This document shows, piece by piece, positions 28,529-38,764 of a stretch of 64,000 nt of DNA. The stretch spans positions 107,337 through 171,336 of the forward strand of contig CAMDJW010000003.1 in assembly GCA_945901025.1 (NCBI GenBank). The letters are read 5' to 3'. The DNA comes from Spirosoma fluviale. Its GTDB lineage: Bacteria; Bacteroidota; Bacteroidia; Cytophagales; Spirosomataceae. The notes beneath the pieces are model-generated. The model ran no database searches, was not told the DNA's origin, and worked only from the letters and a program-made list of their open reading frames with translations. Positions within the stretch are counted from its first letter, which is position 1, and every line of letters starts with the position of its first letter. The position numbers and the translations under genes were made by a program.

Positions 28529-29482
28529 ATGAAAAAGATAAAAGTAATCCTTTCGCTGATGTTCTTGGGAGCATTTGTGATGCAATCTTGTATCAAGGAT
28601 GATGTGGTTGAATTAGGCGATACTGGATCAGTATTTGTTAAAATCAACGATGGCCCTACTAAGGCTTTGTATTATGAGCCATTTACGACTAAGAAGAATG
28701 TAGTAGTCTTTAACGTGCGTAGAGATGTGAATTCTGCTGCGGAGTTGGCTAAAGCGGCTACCGTATCGATTATCGACGCACCTGAGTTGGTTGCTGCTTA
28801 TAACAAGGAGAACGATGAAAGCTTTGAGGCATTGCCTACTTCCATTTTCACTTATGTAACGGATCCTTCGGTAACCAAATCGGGAAATAAGTTTACGGTT
28901 ACTTTTGCGCCGAATGAATTTGCGAAGAATATCGAAATCAGCTTAGATGGTTCTAAGTGGGATTTATCGAAAAAATTCGCGATTGGTTATAAGGTGACTG
29001 AAGCTCCAGGGGCTAAGATTTCTAGCGCTCAGAAGCAAATCATTACATTGATCAGTTTGAAGAACAAGTATGACGGGGTGTATTTATTGACCGGTGCGCA
29101 TAACCGTGTTCCTTACAACTTCCCATACAAAACGGTCGTTTACATGATGACAGCGGGTGCTAATTCAGTTATTTATTACTGGCCAGATGTAGGTTCTTAT
29201 GGTCACCCGATCGGATTGGGCCCAGATCCTGAAAATGATTTGAGCTGGTATGGTCCTGGCATTTCACCTGTTGTGGAATTTGATCCTAATACAGACGAAG
29301 TAGCTCGTGTGTTCAATAATCCTCCGAATGCTACGGTTATTACTAAATTTACGTTGGCTGGTGTGGCTAACTCAAATAGGTATGACGCAGCTACAAAGAA
29401 AATGTTTATTAGTTGGAATTACAATGGCAGAGCCGATCGTGCATTTGTTGACACCTTGACATTCATTCAGCCGAGGCAATAA
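28529..29482 (+). CDS. DUF1735 (BT_3987-like) surface lipoprotein
   Basis: Lipobox MQSC; LVAAYNKEN.ESFEALP pattern; KNKYDGVY at the start of a second domain; follows susD. Confidence 0.75.
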   Translation: MKKIKVILSLMFLGAFVMQSCIKDDVVELGDTGSVFVKINDGPTKALYYEPFTTKKNVVVFNVRRDVNSAAELAKAATVSIIDAPELVAAYNKENDESFEALPTSIFTYVTDPSVTKSGNKFTVTFAPNEFAKNIEISLDGSKWDLSKKFAIGYKVTEAPGAKISSAQKQIITLISLKNKYDGVYLLTGAHNRVPYNFPYKTVVYMMTAGANSVIYYWPDVGSYGHPIGLGPDPENDLSWYGPGISPVVEFDPNTDEVARVFNNPPNATVITKFTLAGVANSNRYDAATKKMFISWNYNGRADRAFVDTLTFIQPRQ

Positions 29483-29501
29483 AATTGATTGTTTGATGTT
29501 G

Positions 29502-29531
29502 AAAAAAGGCAGCGATTTCGCTGCCTTTTTT
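29502..29531 (+). terminator. Intrinsic (bidirectional-type) terminator
   Basis: aaaaaaggcagcg-attt-cgctgcctttttt. Confidence 0.9.
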
Positions 29532-29746
29532 GTGTTATTTCAATATTTGCTTTTTTATATTTAGGTTAAAAATTAAAATTTATAATAAAAGTCTAATAGT
29601 CTACAGCTAAAATAACGTCATATTCTTATTTTTTCTCTTGCTTTTGTTTTTTTTAGTACGAAAAATAGAAACAATTTGCAAAAAAGTCGGTTTAACAAAA
29701 TATAATTTTTTAATTTTGTCATTAACATTCATTTAAATAAACAAAC

Positions 29747-32700
29747 ATGAAAAAACTCTTACTAATTTGGGTTTTAGTAGCAGCTAGTGTTAGCTCGTTA
29801 TTTGCTCAAAACAGAACAGTAACAGGAAAGGTCACTTCCTCAGAAGATGGTGGCGGATTACCTGGTGTCAGTATTAGCACTAAGGGTTCCAATAAAGGGA
29901 CCACATCAAGTGTAGATGGTTCTTATTCCATTTCCGTGGGGGAAGGAGCTTCATTGGTATTTAGCTTTGTAGGCTATAATGCTCAAACAGTTACAGTAGG
30001 TAACCGTTCAGTGGTTGATGTTAAATTGTCCATTGACAATACCCAACTTTCTGAAGTAGTTGTCGTAGGTTATGGCACGAAAAAGCGTGTTGAATTTACC
30101 GGTGCGGCTTCTACCATTAAAGCAGCAGCTATCGCCGAGCGTCCTGTACAAAGTTTTTCACAAGGTTTAACGGGCCAAGCAGCAGGTGTGAACATCACAC
30201 AGCCCAATGGTTTATTGAATAATCCTCCAGTGATTCGTGTACGTGGTTTAAGTTCATTATCACTTAGCTCATTTCCTTTGGTGGTGATTGACGGGATACC
30301 AATTTCTACAGATAACGTTTCAGCTAACTCGACGACCAATAACCCTTTAGCGGATATTAATCCATCGGACATTGAGTCGATTGACGTATTGAAAGATGCT
30401 GCTTCTGCCGCTATTTATGGTTCTCGTGCAGGTGCTGGAGTTTTATTGATTACTACGAAGCGTGGAAAATCAGGAAAAGCTAAGGTATCGATTGATTCTT
30501 GGGCCGGTGTAAGTGATGCGGTTCGTTTGCCAGATGTTTTAAATGCTGAGCAATACATGTACCATAAAAATATGGCGATTGGTAATGCATTGAAATTAAA
30601 TCCAAATGCAGTATCATCGACTCAAAGAAATTCGGCTAACCAATCTTTCTTGCCAAATTACAATCCGGATGGATCTTTGATCGACACGGATTGGGCAAAA
30701 GTAGTTTACCAAACAGCCTTTTCTCAAAATCATAATATGACAATTACTGGGGGAACCGATAAGACTTCTTACTATTTCTCTGCTGGATTTTCAGACCAAG
30801 AAGGTTTTTTACGTAGCAATAGCTTCCAACGTCGTTCTGGTCGTTTCAATATGGATCACCAAGCAACAAACTGGTTGAAGTTTACGACTAATTTCAATTA
30901 TTCAAATACGTACAACATGGCACCGATTTCAGGATCAAATCCGGGTGGTGCATTTAATACGTCAGGATTAGGTCGTATCGCAGTGGCTCAGGTACCTAAC
31001 TTGCCAGCTTATTTACCAGATGGTAATTATAATTTAGAGAACAACACCGTAGGTCGTTTGAACAACTTACTTCCGGCACAGTTTCCAAACCCAGCTGTTG
31101 TACGTGATTTAGATAAAATCACTTCTGAAAACACCCGTTTGATTGCAAATTTAGGTGCTGAAATTAAGATCACAGAGGGTCTGAATTTTAGAACAAGTTA
31201 TTCATGGGATCGCAGAAACACAGAAAATGTTCGTTTCTTTAATCCTTTCAATGGAGATGGTTGGGCTGCTAGTGGTGATGCTTACAACAATACCGCTCGT
31301 TCCGACAACTGGAACTTGATTAACACGTTACAGTACAATGTGAAGTTGGGCGAAAACCACAACATCTCAGCGGTTTTAGGTTCAGATTCACAAAAAACAC
31401 GCGTGTTAAACTGGGGAGCTCAACGTCAAGGATTAGCTGACTTTTTCTTTACTGATTTCCAAGGAAATTTTGGAACTAATTTAGCTGCGGGTAACGGAAT
31501 TTACCAAGTGTCTTATGAGGCTTATTTAGGAAGTTTCAGTTATAATTATGCAGGTAAATATTTCTTAAGTGGAAATTACCGCCGTGATGGAAACTCTGCT
31601 CTTTCTGCGGATAACCGTTGGGGTGATTTCGGCGGAGTATCAGCCGGTTGGACTGTTTCTGAAGAGAAGTTCTTCAAAAATACTAGCCTAGGAAATAAAA
31701 TTTCTAACCTTCGTTTAAAAGCATCATGGGGTAAAGTGGGTAACGGTAACGTTCCTAATGCCTACGGTTCTTATTCTACTTTTGGTTCTGGTTTATATGG
31801 TGCAGCGCCAACATTGGCGTTTAACCAAGCAGGAAATAAGGATTTGAAATGGGAGACAAGTGAGCAGACCAATTTTGGTATCGATATTAGTTTCTTAAAC
31901 GATCGTATTTCAATAGAGGCCAATTATTACAATAAGGATATCAATAATTTGATTTTGAACGTTCCACAAGCACCTTCAAAGGGTATTCCTGGAAACTCAA
32001 TTTTGGCTAACGTAGGTTCCATGTATAACCGAGGATATGAATTAGCTATCACAGCGACGCCAATTAACAATGGAGGATTTACTTGGACCACGAACGTTAA
32101 TTTTGCAACCAACGAAAACATGGTTACTTCCTTAGTAGATGCGAATACGCCTATTTTAACGGCAACATCTGGTTTAGAGACTACCTCGATTACGAAAGTG
32201 GGTTATTCAGCTGCACAAATTTACGGAGTTAAAACAGGTGGAGTTAATCCAGCTAACGGGCGTCGTATATACATCAGAAAAGATGGTGTTAAAGTACAAT
32301 ACCAACACTTAGGCGGAGCAGATGCTTGGACTTTATTAGATGGAACGCGTACAGTATCTGTTTCTTCAGAACAACAAATCTTAGGAAATACAATGCCAAC
32401 TTTCTACGGAGGATTTAATAATACTTTCCGTTATGCAGGTTTTGATCTTGGAATGAACTTTACTTTCTCTGGAGGTAACTTGATTTACAATGGTTCTCAA
32501 GCTGGTTTGCGTGACCAACGTGTATGGAACAATTCAGTGGATGTGTTAAATTCTTGGACTAAAGAAGGACAAATCACAGATATTCCTCGTGCTGTTTATG
32601 GAGATAACGTTTCGAATGGTTCATCTTTCTTAATTGATGCCAATATTCAAAAAGGAGATTTTATTCGTTTGCAGACGGCTACTTTGGGATATAAGATTCC

Positions 32701-32896
32701 TGCCAACTTAACTAAATTAGGTATTAACAGTCTTCGTGTGTATGCACAGGCAAACAATGCTTTTTTATGGACAGAGTATGCGGGTGTTGACCCTGAAATC
32801 TCAACCAATGGAGATACAAATTTAGCTTCAGGTATTGAGCGTAACTCAATTCCACAAGCTAGGTCATTTACAATTGGTCTTAACATAGGTTTATAA
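29747..32896 (+). CDS. SusC/RagA family TonB-dependent transporter (second)
   Basis: VVVVGYG, PLVVIDGIP, NPLADINPSDIESIDVLKDAASAAIYGSRAGAGVLLITTKRG, P.ARSFTIGLNIGL. Confidence 0.96.
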   Translation: MKKLLLIWVLVAASVSSLFAQNRTVTGKVTSSEDGGGLPGVSISTKGSNKGTTSSVDGSYSISVGEGASLVFSFVGYNAQTVTVGNRSVVDVKLSIDNTQLSEVVVVGYGTKKRVEFTGAASTIKAAAIAERPVQSFSQGLTGQAAGVNITQPNGLLNNPPVIRVRGLSSLSLSSFPLVVIDGIPISTDNVSANSTTNNPLADINPSDIESIDVLKDAASAAIYGSRAGAGVLLITTKRGKSGKAKVSIDSWAGVSDAVRLPDVLNAEQYMYHKNMAIGNALKLNPNAVSSTQRNSANQSFLPNYNPDGSLIDTDWAKVVYQTAFSQNHNMTITGGTDKTSYYFSAGFSDQEGFLRSNSFQRRSGRFNMDHQATNWLKFTTNFNYSNTYNMAPISGSNPGGAFNTSGLGRIAVAQVPNLPAYLPDGNYNLENNTVGRLNNLLPAQFPNPAVVRDLDKITSENTRLIANLGAEIKITEGLNFRTSYSWDRRNTENVRFFNPFNGDGWAASGDAYNNTARSDNWNLINTLQYNVKLGENHNISAVLGSDSQKTRVLNWGAQRQGLADFFFTDFQGNFGTNLAAGNGIYQVSYEAYLGSFSYNYAGKYFLSGNYRRDGNSALSADNRWGDFGGVSAGWTVSEEKFFKNTSLGNKISNLRLKASWGKVGNGNVPNAYGSYSTFGSGLYGAAPTLAFNQAGNKDLKWETSEQTNFGIDISFLNDRISIEANYYNKDINNLILNVPQAPSKGIPGNSILANVGSMYNRGYELAITATPINNGGFTWTTNVNFATNENMVTSLVDANTPILTATSGLETTSITKVGYSAAQIYGVKTGGVNPANGRRIYIRKDGVKVQYQHLGGADAWTLLDGTRTVSVSSEQQILGNTMPTFYGGFNNTFRYAGFDLGMNFTFSGGNLIYNGSQAGLRDQRVWNNSVDVLNSWTKEGQITDIPRAVYGDNVSNGSSFLIDANIQKGDFIRLQTATLGYKIPANLTKLGINSLRVYAQANNAFLWTEYAGVDPEISTNGDTNLASGIERNSIPQARSFTIGLNIGL

Positions 32897-32915
32897 TTTT
32901 AAAGGAGATAAGAAA

Positions 32916-34358
32916 ATGAAATTATTCACAAACAAAATTGGAATCTTGTCTATCGCCTTAGCGATGACGGTTTCTTCTTGTAATAAGGAATTCTTGAACG
33001 CAGTTCCTGAATTAGATTTGTCTGATGCGACGGTATTTAATACACCGGCTCGTGTTTTATCCCAAGTTAATGGACTTTATGGTTCAGCTAAGTCGGGAAG
33101 TTTATTTGGAGGTCGTTATTTAATTTATAATGATATCCGTGGAGAGGATTGGGTTAACCGTACGACGAACTCGGTAACTGGGTATTCTACGTACCAAGGA
33201 AACCAAGATCCTTCAGATTCGTATTTAGCCAACTTCTGGGTAGTGGGATATTCTACGATCAATCGAGCTAATTTATTTTTAGAGGGATTGGCTAAAAATC
33301 CTACTGCAGTTTCGGCTACTTTAGCTGCGAATTACAGAGGAGAGGCTAAGTTCTTACGTGCTTTAACTTATTTCTCTTTGGTACAGTATTTTGCAAAACC
33401 TTTTATTTTAGATAAGGGAGCTTCTGCTGGATTGCCATTGCGTTTAAAAGGAGAAACTTCTTCTGCAAACAATGCATTAGCTCGTAGTTCAGTAGCACAG
33501 ATTTATGATCAAATTTTAAAAGATTTGAATGAAGCTGAAGCTGAATTACCTGATACTTATGCGTCTGCATTGTTAAATACAACACGTGCACACAAGAATT
33601 CGGCGATCGCTTTAAAGACAAGAGTATTGTTGGCCAAAGCAGATTACGCAGGTGTTATCACGGAAGCAAATAAAATTGTTTCTGCGGCTGCGCCTTTTAG
33701 AGGAACTGCTCGCGTAGCGCATGCCTTGCAGGCTGATGTATCTGCCGTGTTCAAAGCACCTTATACTACATCTGAGTCAATTTTCTCTTTTCCAATGGAT
33801 GCAACAAACGCTCCAGGTACTCAAAACCAATTGGGCTATTACTTCAATGCAGGAAACGTCGAGTATTATTTAAATACGGGTACTACGGGTATTTATAGCC
33901 AAGCACAATTTCGGGCTATCGATGATCGTAAGACGAAATTGACGGTAGCTAAAACAGCAGTAGCTAATTTTCCATCCAGCATTAAATTCAGTGGAGTGAA
34001 TCCTTATATTGACTATGTGCCGAACATTCGTTATGCGGAAGTTTTGTTAAACTTAGCGGAGGCAGAAGCAGAAGCAGGAAACGCAACGCGTGCTTTAGCG
34101 CTATTAACTGCGGTGCACCAACGTTCTGACGCTACTTATGTTTTTGGTACCCTTGCAAAGGCGGACTTAATTAAGGCTATTTTAATTGAACGTAGAATTG
34201 AATTCATAGCGGAAGGTTTCCGTGCGAATGATGTTCTTCGCCGTGGTGAGCCTTTAAATTCATTTGGCGCTGGAGCAGTGATTCAATCATCTGATCCACG
34301 TTACATTTACGGAATTCCATTAACAGAAATTCAAACGAATCCTGCGATTGGAAAATAA
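32916..34358 (+). CDS. RagB/SusD family lipoprotein (second)
   Basis: Lipobox VSSC, GEAKFLRALTYF, RYAEVLLNLAEA, ERRIEFIAEGFR. Confidence 0.95.
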   Translation: MKLFTNKIGILSIALAMTVSSCNKEFLNAVPELDLSDATVFNTPARVLSQVNGLYGSAKSGSLFGGRYLIYNDIRGEDWVNRTTNSVTGYSTYQGNQDPSDSYLANFWVVGYSTINRANLFLEGLAKNPTAVSATLAANYRGEAKFLRALTYFSLVQYFAKPFILDKGASAGLPLRLKGETSSANNALARSSVAQIYDQILKDLNEAEAELPDTYASALLNTTRAHKNSAIALKTRVLLAKADYAGVITEANKIVSAAAPFRGTARVAHALQADVSAVFKAPYTTSESIFSFPMDATNAPGTQNQLGYYFNAGNVEYYLNTGTTGIYSQAQFRAIDDRKTKLTVAKTAVANFPSSIKFSGVNPYIDYVPNIRYAEVLLNLAEAEAEAGNATRALALLTAVHQRSDATYVFGTLAKADLIKAILIERRIEFIAEGFRANDVLRRGEPLNSFGAGAVIQSSDPRYIYGIPLTEIQTNPAIGK

Positions 34359-34396
34359 GATTTGCATATGTCCTTAAGGACGTGTCGAATGGGTAT

Positions 34397-34429
34397 AAAA
34401 AAAGGTGACTCGAAGAGTCACCTTTTTTT
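34397..34429. terminator. Bidirectional intrinsic terminator
   Basis: aaaaaaaggtgactc-gaa-gagtcaccttttttt. Confidence 0.9.
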
Positions 34430-34549
34430 ATGGGTTTACTATTAGATGATAAACTAGATGCTAATTTTAATTTAATCTGTGCTTCTGTGGCATCAATGCA
34501 ATTTGACAATAATTACCTGTTCTTTATGCCCTTTATCTGGTTTAAGCAA

Positions 34550-34594
34550 TTCAAAAGGTTTATGCTATTAGTTTAAATAACATAAACCTTTGAA
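34550..34594 (-). terminator. Imperfect AT-rich hairpin just downstream of the M13 gene
   Basis: ttcaaaaggtttatgctatt / aataacataaacctttgaa; pairs with a G-U and one bulge on the minus strand. Confidence 0.5.
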
Positions 34595-34602
34595 TGATTC
34601 GC

Positions 34603-36633
34603 TTACCAAATTTTAATTCGGTCCTCAGGTTTCTTGTATAATTTATCTCCTGGTTTCACATTAAATGCTTCATACCAAGCATCCATATTGACTGGAGTTC
34701 CAATGGTTCGATATTGGCCGGGCGAGTGAGGATCTGTTTTGATCATTTGTGCTGCCATCTCTGGTCTAGATGCTCCTCTCCAAACTTGAGCCCATGCCAA
34801 AAAGAATCGTTGGTCCGGCGTCAGCCCATCAATTTTCTTTTTAGATTGTCCCTGTTTAGTCATCTTAAATGCTTCGTACGCAATATTCAATCCACCTAAG
34901 TCTCCTATGTTTTCACCCATCGTAAATTTTCCATTTACATGAATGGTGTCTACCACCGTATATTGATCAAATTGAGCTCCTAATTGGATCGTTTTAGCTT
35001 TAAACCTAGATAAATCTTCAGGCGTCCACCAGTTTCTTAAGGTGCCATCATTATCGTATTGGCTTCCTGAATCGTCAAATCCATGTGACATTTCATGGCC
35101 AATAACCGCTGCAATTCCTCCATAATTCAGCGCATCATCTGCATCTGCTGAGAAAAATGGGAATTGCAAAATACCTGCAGGAAAGACAATCTCATTCATC
35201 GTCGCGTTATAATACGCATTGACCGTTGGCGGAGTCATGCCCCATCGAGTCCGATCTACCGGTTTTCCTATTTGGTTTATGTTATCTTGATAGGACCAAA
35301 TACTCGCATTCTTCATGTTTTGGTAAAATGAATCAGCATTTATTTCCAGCCCATCATAATTTTTCCATTTATCAGGGTATCCAACTTTGGGAGTAAACGC
35401 ATTTAGTTTGTCTAATGCCTTCTTTTTAGTGGGCTCCGACATCCAATCGAGTCTATTGATTCGATTGGCGAAGGCAGTACGCATATTGACCAACAATTCC
35501 TTCATACGTTCTTTTGCCTCAGGTTTAAAGTGTTTCGCCACATATAACTGGCCCAAAAGTTCGCCTATTGTTCCATCCGTCAGCGTTGACATACGTTGCC
35601 AACGAGGAGTTTGGGTTTCCTGGCCACTTAAGAATTTGGCATAATCAAAACTCGCTTTTACAAATGGACTACTTAAATAGGATGCTGATCCTTTTAAAAT
35701 ATTCCAAGTCAAATAGGATTTTAAATTTTCAATCGGCGTATCCGTCAACGTATTGTTTACTTCAACTAAAAATTTAGGTGCGCTAACTAAGATGGAATCT
35801 TGAGATGGGATACCCAATAATTTGAATTGCTCATTCCAATTAATGTTGGGCGTTTGCTTTTGAAAATCAGCCAATAGAAATTTATTGTAGGTTTTATATG
35901 GATCACGCATTTCAACACGCGCCATTTGTGCTGTGGCAAGCCTTTTTTCTATTAGGAAAATTTGTTCCGCATTTGATTTGGCCTGATTGGTAGGTGTGCC
36001 GATCAACTCAAATAAGGTTACGATGTATTTTTTAAATGCTTCCTGAATCTTCAAGGTACGAGCATCGGTCTTTAAATAATAATCACGATCGGGCAATGAA
36101 GTTCCTCCTTGGCCAAATTGCGGCACCATCTTTTTTACATTTTTTCGATCTTGGCTAACATAAGACCCAAAGAATGGAGAACCTAGGCCCTGCGTTTTAA
36201 ATCGAGCTATTTCTCTCAATAAATCTTCTCTAGATTGAATATCTTGTACCTTTTTCAAATCTGATTTAATGGGATCAAAACCTAAAGATTCAATTCTTAA
36301 GCTGTCCATCGCTGCTATGTAAAAATCAGCAACTCTTCTTTCGACAGATCCTTTTGCTGACGATTTTTGCTTGGCTACTGTCTCTTCTAGTATTAGTTTA
36401 ACTGCTTTAATATTAAAATCCCTAATTTCATTAAAACTACCCCAGCGACTTTCTTTGGCAGGAATTGGATGATTTTTTACCCAGATTCCATTCGAATATT
36501 CGACGAAATCATTGCCAGGTTTTACGGATAAGTTCATATTCGACTTGTCGATGAACTTGAAATTTTGTGCAGAAATGGTATTTGAAAATAATATTCCTAC
36601 AGATAAGACAAACAACGATAACTTTTTCTTCAT
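34603..36633 (-). CDS. M13 family metalloendopeptidase (neprilysin/PepO-like), secreted
   Basis: VNAYY, HEMSH (HExxH), GENIGD, DPHSP..R; signal peptide. Confidence 0.95.
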   Translation of the reverse strand: MKKKLSLFVLSVGILFSNTISAQNFKFIDKSNMNLSVKPGNDFVEYSNGIWVKNHPIPAKESRWGSFNEIRDFNIKAVKLILEETVAKQKSSAKGSVERRVADFYIAAMDSLRIESLGFDPIKSDLKKVQDIQSREDLLREIARFKTQGLGSPFFGSYVSQDRKNVKKMVPQFGQGGTSLPDRDYYLKTDARTLKIQEAFKKYIVTLFELIGTPTNQAKSNAEQIFLIEKRLATAQMARVEMRDPYKTYNKFLLADFQKQTPNINWNEQFKLLGIPSQDSILVSAPKFLVEVNNTLTDTPIENLKSYLTWNILKGSASYLSSPFVKASFDYAKFLSGQETQTPRWQRMSTLTDGTIGELLGQLYVAKHFKPEAKERMKELLVNMRTAFANRINRLDWMSEPTKKKALDKLNAFTPKVGYPDKWKNYDGLEINADSFYQNMKNASIWSYQDNINQIGKPVDRTRWGMTPPTVNAYYNATMNEIVFPAGILQFPFFSADADDALNYGGIAAVIGHEMSHGFDDSGSQYDNDGTLRNWWTPEDLSRFKAKTIQLGAQFDQYTVVDTIHVNGKFTMGENIGDLGGLNIAYEAFKMTKQGQSKKKIDGLTPDQRFFLAWAQVWRGASRPEMAAQMIKTDPHSPGQYRTIGTPVNMDAWYEAFNVKPGDKLYKKPEDRIKIW

Positions 36634-36691
36634 ATTTTTTAATGTTAATGAATGATTAAATTAATAGATTTATAACTTTAAAACTACCAAC

Positions 36692-38737
36692 ATGAAGAAA
36701 TTGTTACTAATTATCAGCGGTCTATTTATATTTATTCATATTTCATTCGGTCAAAATCATGTCTCTAAACCTTTGACCCATGAAATAATGGTCAAACTTA
36801 AAAAAGTAGGTGCCCCTGCAATTTCGCCTGATGGTAAATCGGTTGTCTACAGCCAAGTAGAAACCTCTTATAATTTGGACGAACAAACAACGGATTTATG
36901 GTTGGCCCACACCGATGGAAAAACAAGTCCCAGGAGAATTACCTCTTCCAAAAGTGGGGAGGATAATTATTTTTGGTCACCTTCAGGAGATAAAATTTAT
37001 TTTACCGCCAAAAGAGATGGCGATGAAGCGCCCCAATTATACTCATTGCCTTTAAATGGGGGAGAAGCGCAAAGAATAACATCTATTTCTACTGGTATTT
37101 CTGCCGCAAAAATATCCTCGGATGGTCGTTGGTTAGCCTTCACATCTCGCGTGTTTCCTTCCGCGTTTACAGATTCTTTGAGTAAAAAAATGGCGGAGGA
37201 TAAGAAAAAAATCAAAGCGAAAGTACGCGTATATACCTCATTCCCTGTTCGTTATTGGGACTCCTGGTTGGACGAGAAACAAGCGCACATTTTCGCCATG
37301 GATTTATCAGCTATTGGTTCTCAACCCGTTAATTTATTCAAAGATGTTTCCCTAGTAAAATCTCAAGGATTCAACTTGGGTTCGTTCTCATTTGCACCAG
37401 ACAATAAATCCATCGTTTTTTCTGCCAGTACGGATTATAATACGACTGCTTATCAATCGTCAACTTCCAATTTATTTCAAGTCAATCTTCAGGGTGGCAA
37501 AGAGACCCAATTAACCTCCGATGGAATTGATTATGCCACGGTTGATTTTTCAAGTGATGGCCGTTTTTTAATTACTTCAGGATCAGAAAATGGAAATAAG
37601 CTGTATTACATTAATCGATTGTTTAGATATTCATGGCCTTCCATGTCAAGTAAAATGGAATTAGCTTCGAAACTAGACCGACCCATGAACGATTTTAAAA
37701 TGGTGGGATCTGATATTTTGGCTAGTATTGAAGATCAGGGGGTGGATAGAATCATTAAAATTTCGATTGGTTCAGGTGAAATAAGTTCCGTATTAGGTGG
37801 CCAAATGGGTTCTTATACAGCTGTTTCACCGGCGAGTGGTGGAAATTTTGCCTTTACATATCAACATTTAGGTGCTCCCCCAGAAGTATTTGCTTTCGTT
37901 AGTGGCCAACAAATACCCATCTCAAAAAGCAATGATCAGGTGCTTGCAGCTTTAGACATTCCGAGGCCAGAAGTAATATGGACGGTGACTAGTCGGGGTA
38001 AAAAAGTGAGAAGTTTTGTATTGAAACCAGCGGGTTTTGATCTAAATAAAAGATATCCCTTGTTTGTGTTAATGCATGGAGGACCCGCGATTTCAATTAA
38101 GGATAATTTTGGGTATCGTTGGAATGCACATATTTTAGGTGCGCCAGGTTATGTGTTGATCATGACGGATTATACGGGTTCCACGGGATATGGCGAAAAA
38201 TTCACACAGGATATTCAGTTGGATCCTTTCCGAGGACCAGGGAATGAAATTTTGGAGGCTGCAGCGGATGCCATTAAGCGCTTTTCGTTTATAGATGGAA
38301 CGCGACAAGCGGCTGGCGGAGCTTCGTATGGTGGGCACTTAGCCAACTGGATGCAGGCGACCACTTCACACTTTAAATGCTTAATTGCACATTCGGGTTT
38401 AGTTAATTCGGAGGCGCAATGGGGTACTTCGGATGTGATTTGGGGTCGTGAATTGATGAACGGGGGTGCGCCTTGGGTACCCACAAAAACCTGGAAAGAG
38501 CAGAATCCAATGCGCTACGCAGCTAATTTCAAAACACCGATGTTGCTGACAGTAGGGGAGAATGACTTCCGTGTACCCATCAATAATACCTTAGAAAACT
38601 GGAGCATTCATCAGCGCTTAAAAATTCCAAGTAAATTGATTGTTTTTCCAAGCGAAAATCATTGGATTTTAAATCCTGAAAATTCAAAGTTTCATTATCA
38701 GGAAGTTGGCAACTGGTTGAGCACCTATTTAAAATAA
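36692..38737 (+). CDS. S9 family peptidase (acylaminoacyl/prolyl oligopeptidase-like)
   Basis: TolB-like propeller, HGGP, GASYGG Ser, GENDFRVP Asp, ENHWI His. Confidence 0.93.
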   Translation: MKKLLLIISGLFIFIHISFGQNHVSKPLTHEIMVKLKKVGAPAISPDGKSVVYSQVETSYNLDEQTTDLWLAHTDGKTSPRRITSSKSGEDNYFWSPSGDKIYFTAKRDGDEAPQLYSLPLNGGEAQRITSISTGISAAKISSDGRWLAFTSRVFPSAFTDSLSKKMAEDKKKIKAKVRVYTSFPVRYWDSWLDEKQAHIFAMDLSAIGSQPVNLFKDVSLVKSQGFNLGSFSFAPDNKSIVFSASTDYNTTAYQSSTSNLFQVNLQGGKETQLTSDGIDYATVDFSSDGRFLITSGSENGNKLYYINRLFRYSWPSMSSKMELASKLDRPMNDFKMVGSDILASIEDQGVDRIIKISIGSGEISSVLGGQMGSYTAVSPASGGNFAFTYQHLGAPPEVFAFVSGQQIPISKSNDQVLAALDIPRPEVIWTVTSRGKKVRSFVLKPAGFDLNKRYPLFVLMHGGPAISIKDNFGYRWNAHILGAPGYVLIMTDYTGSTGYGEKFTQDIQLDPFRGPGNEILEAAADAIKRFSFIDGTRQAAGGASYGGHLANWMQATTSHFKCLIAHSGLVNSEAQWGTSDVIWGRELMNGGAPWVPTKTWKEQNPMRYAANFKTPMLLTVGENDFRVPINNTLENWSIHQRLKIPSKLIVFPSENHWILNPENSKFHYQEVGNWLSTYLK

Positions 38738-38764
38738 TTTCCCTAGCTTTTTAACTTTTTAAAT

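Noticed and set aside
23761-29830. Similar 5' ends of the two susC genes as a shufflon or recombination cassette
   Set aside because: Same orientation, no recombinase or inverted repeats; MKKLLL-type starts are generic here (also in the S9 gene)
34204-34545. Minus-strand ORF with LSNCIDAT, faintly like a histidine-kinase N-box remnant
   Set aside because: Match too short, runs through a terminator and into susD antisense; not supportable without an HMM search
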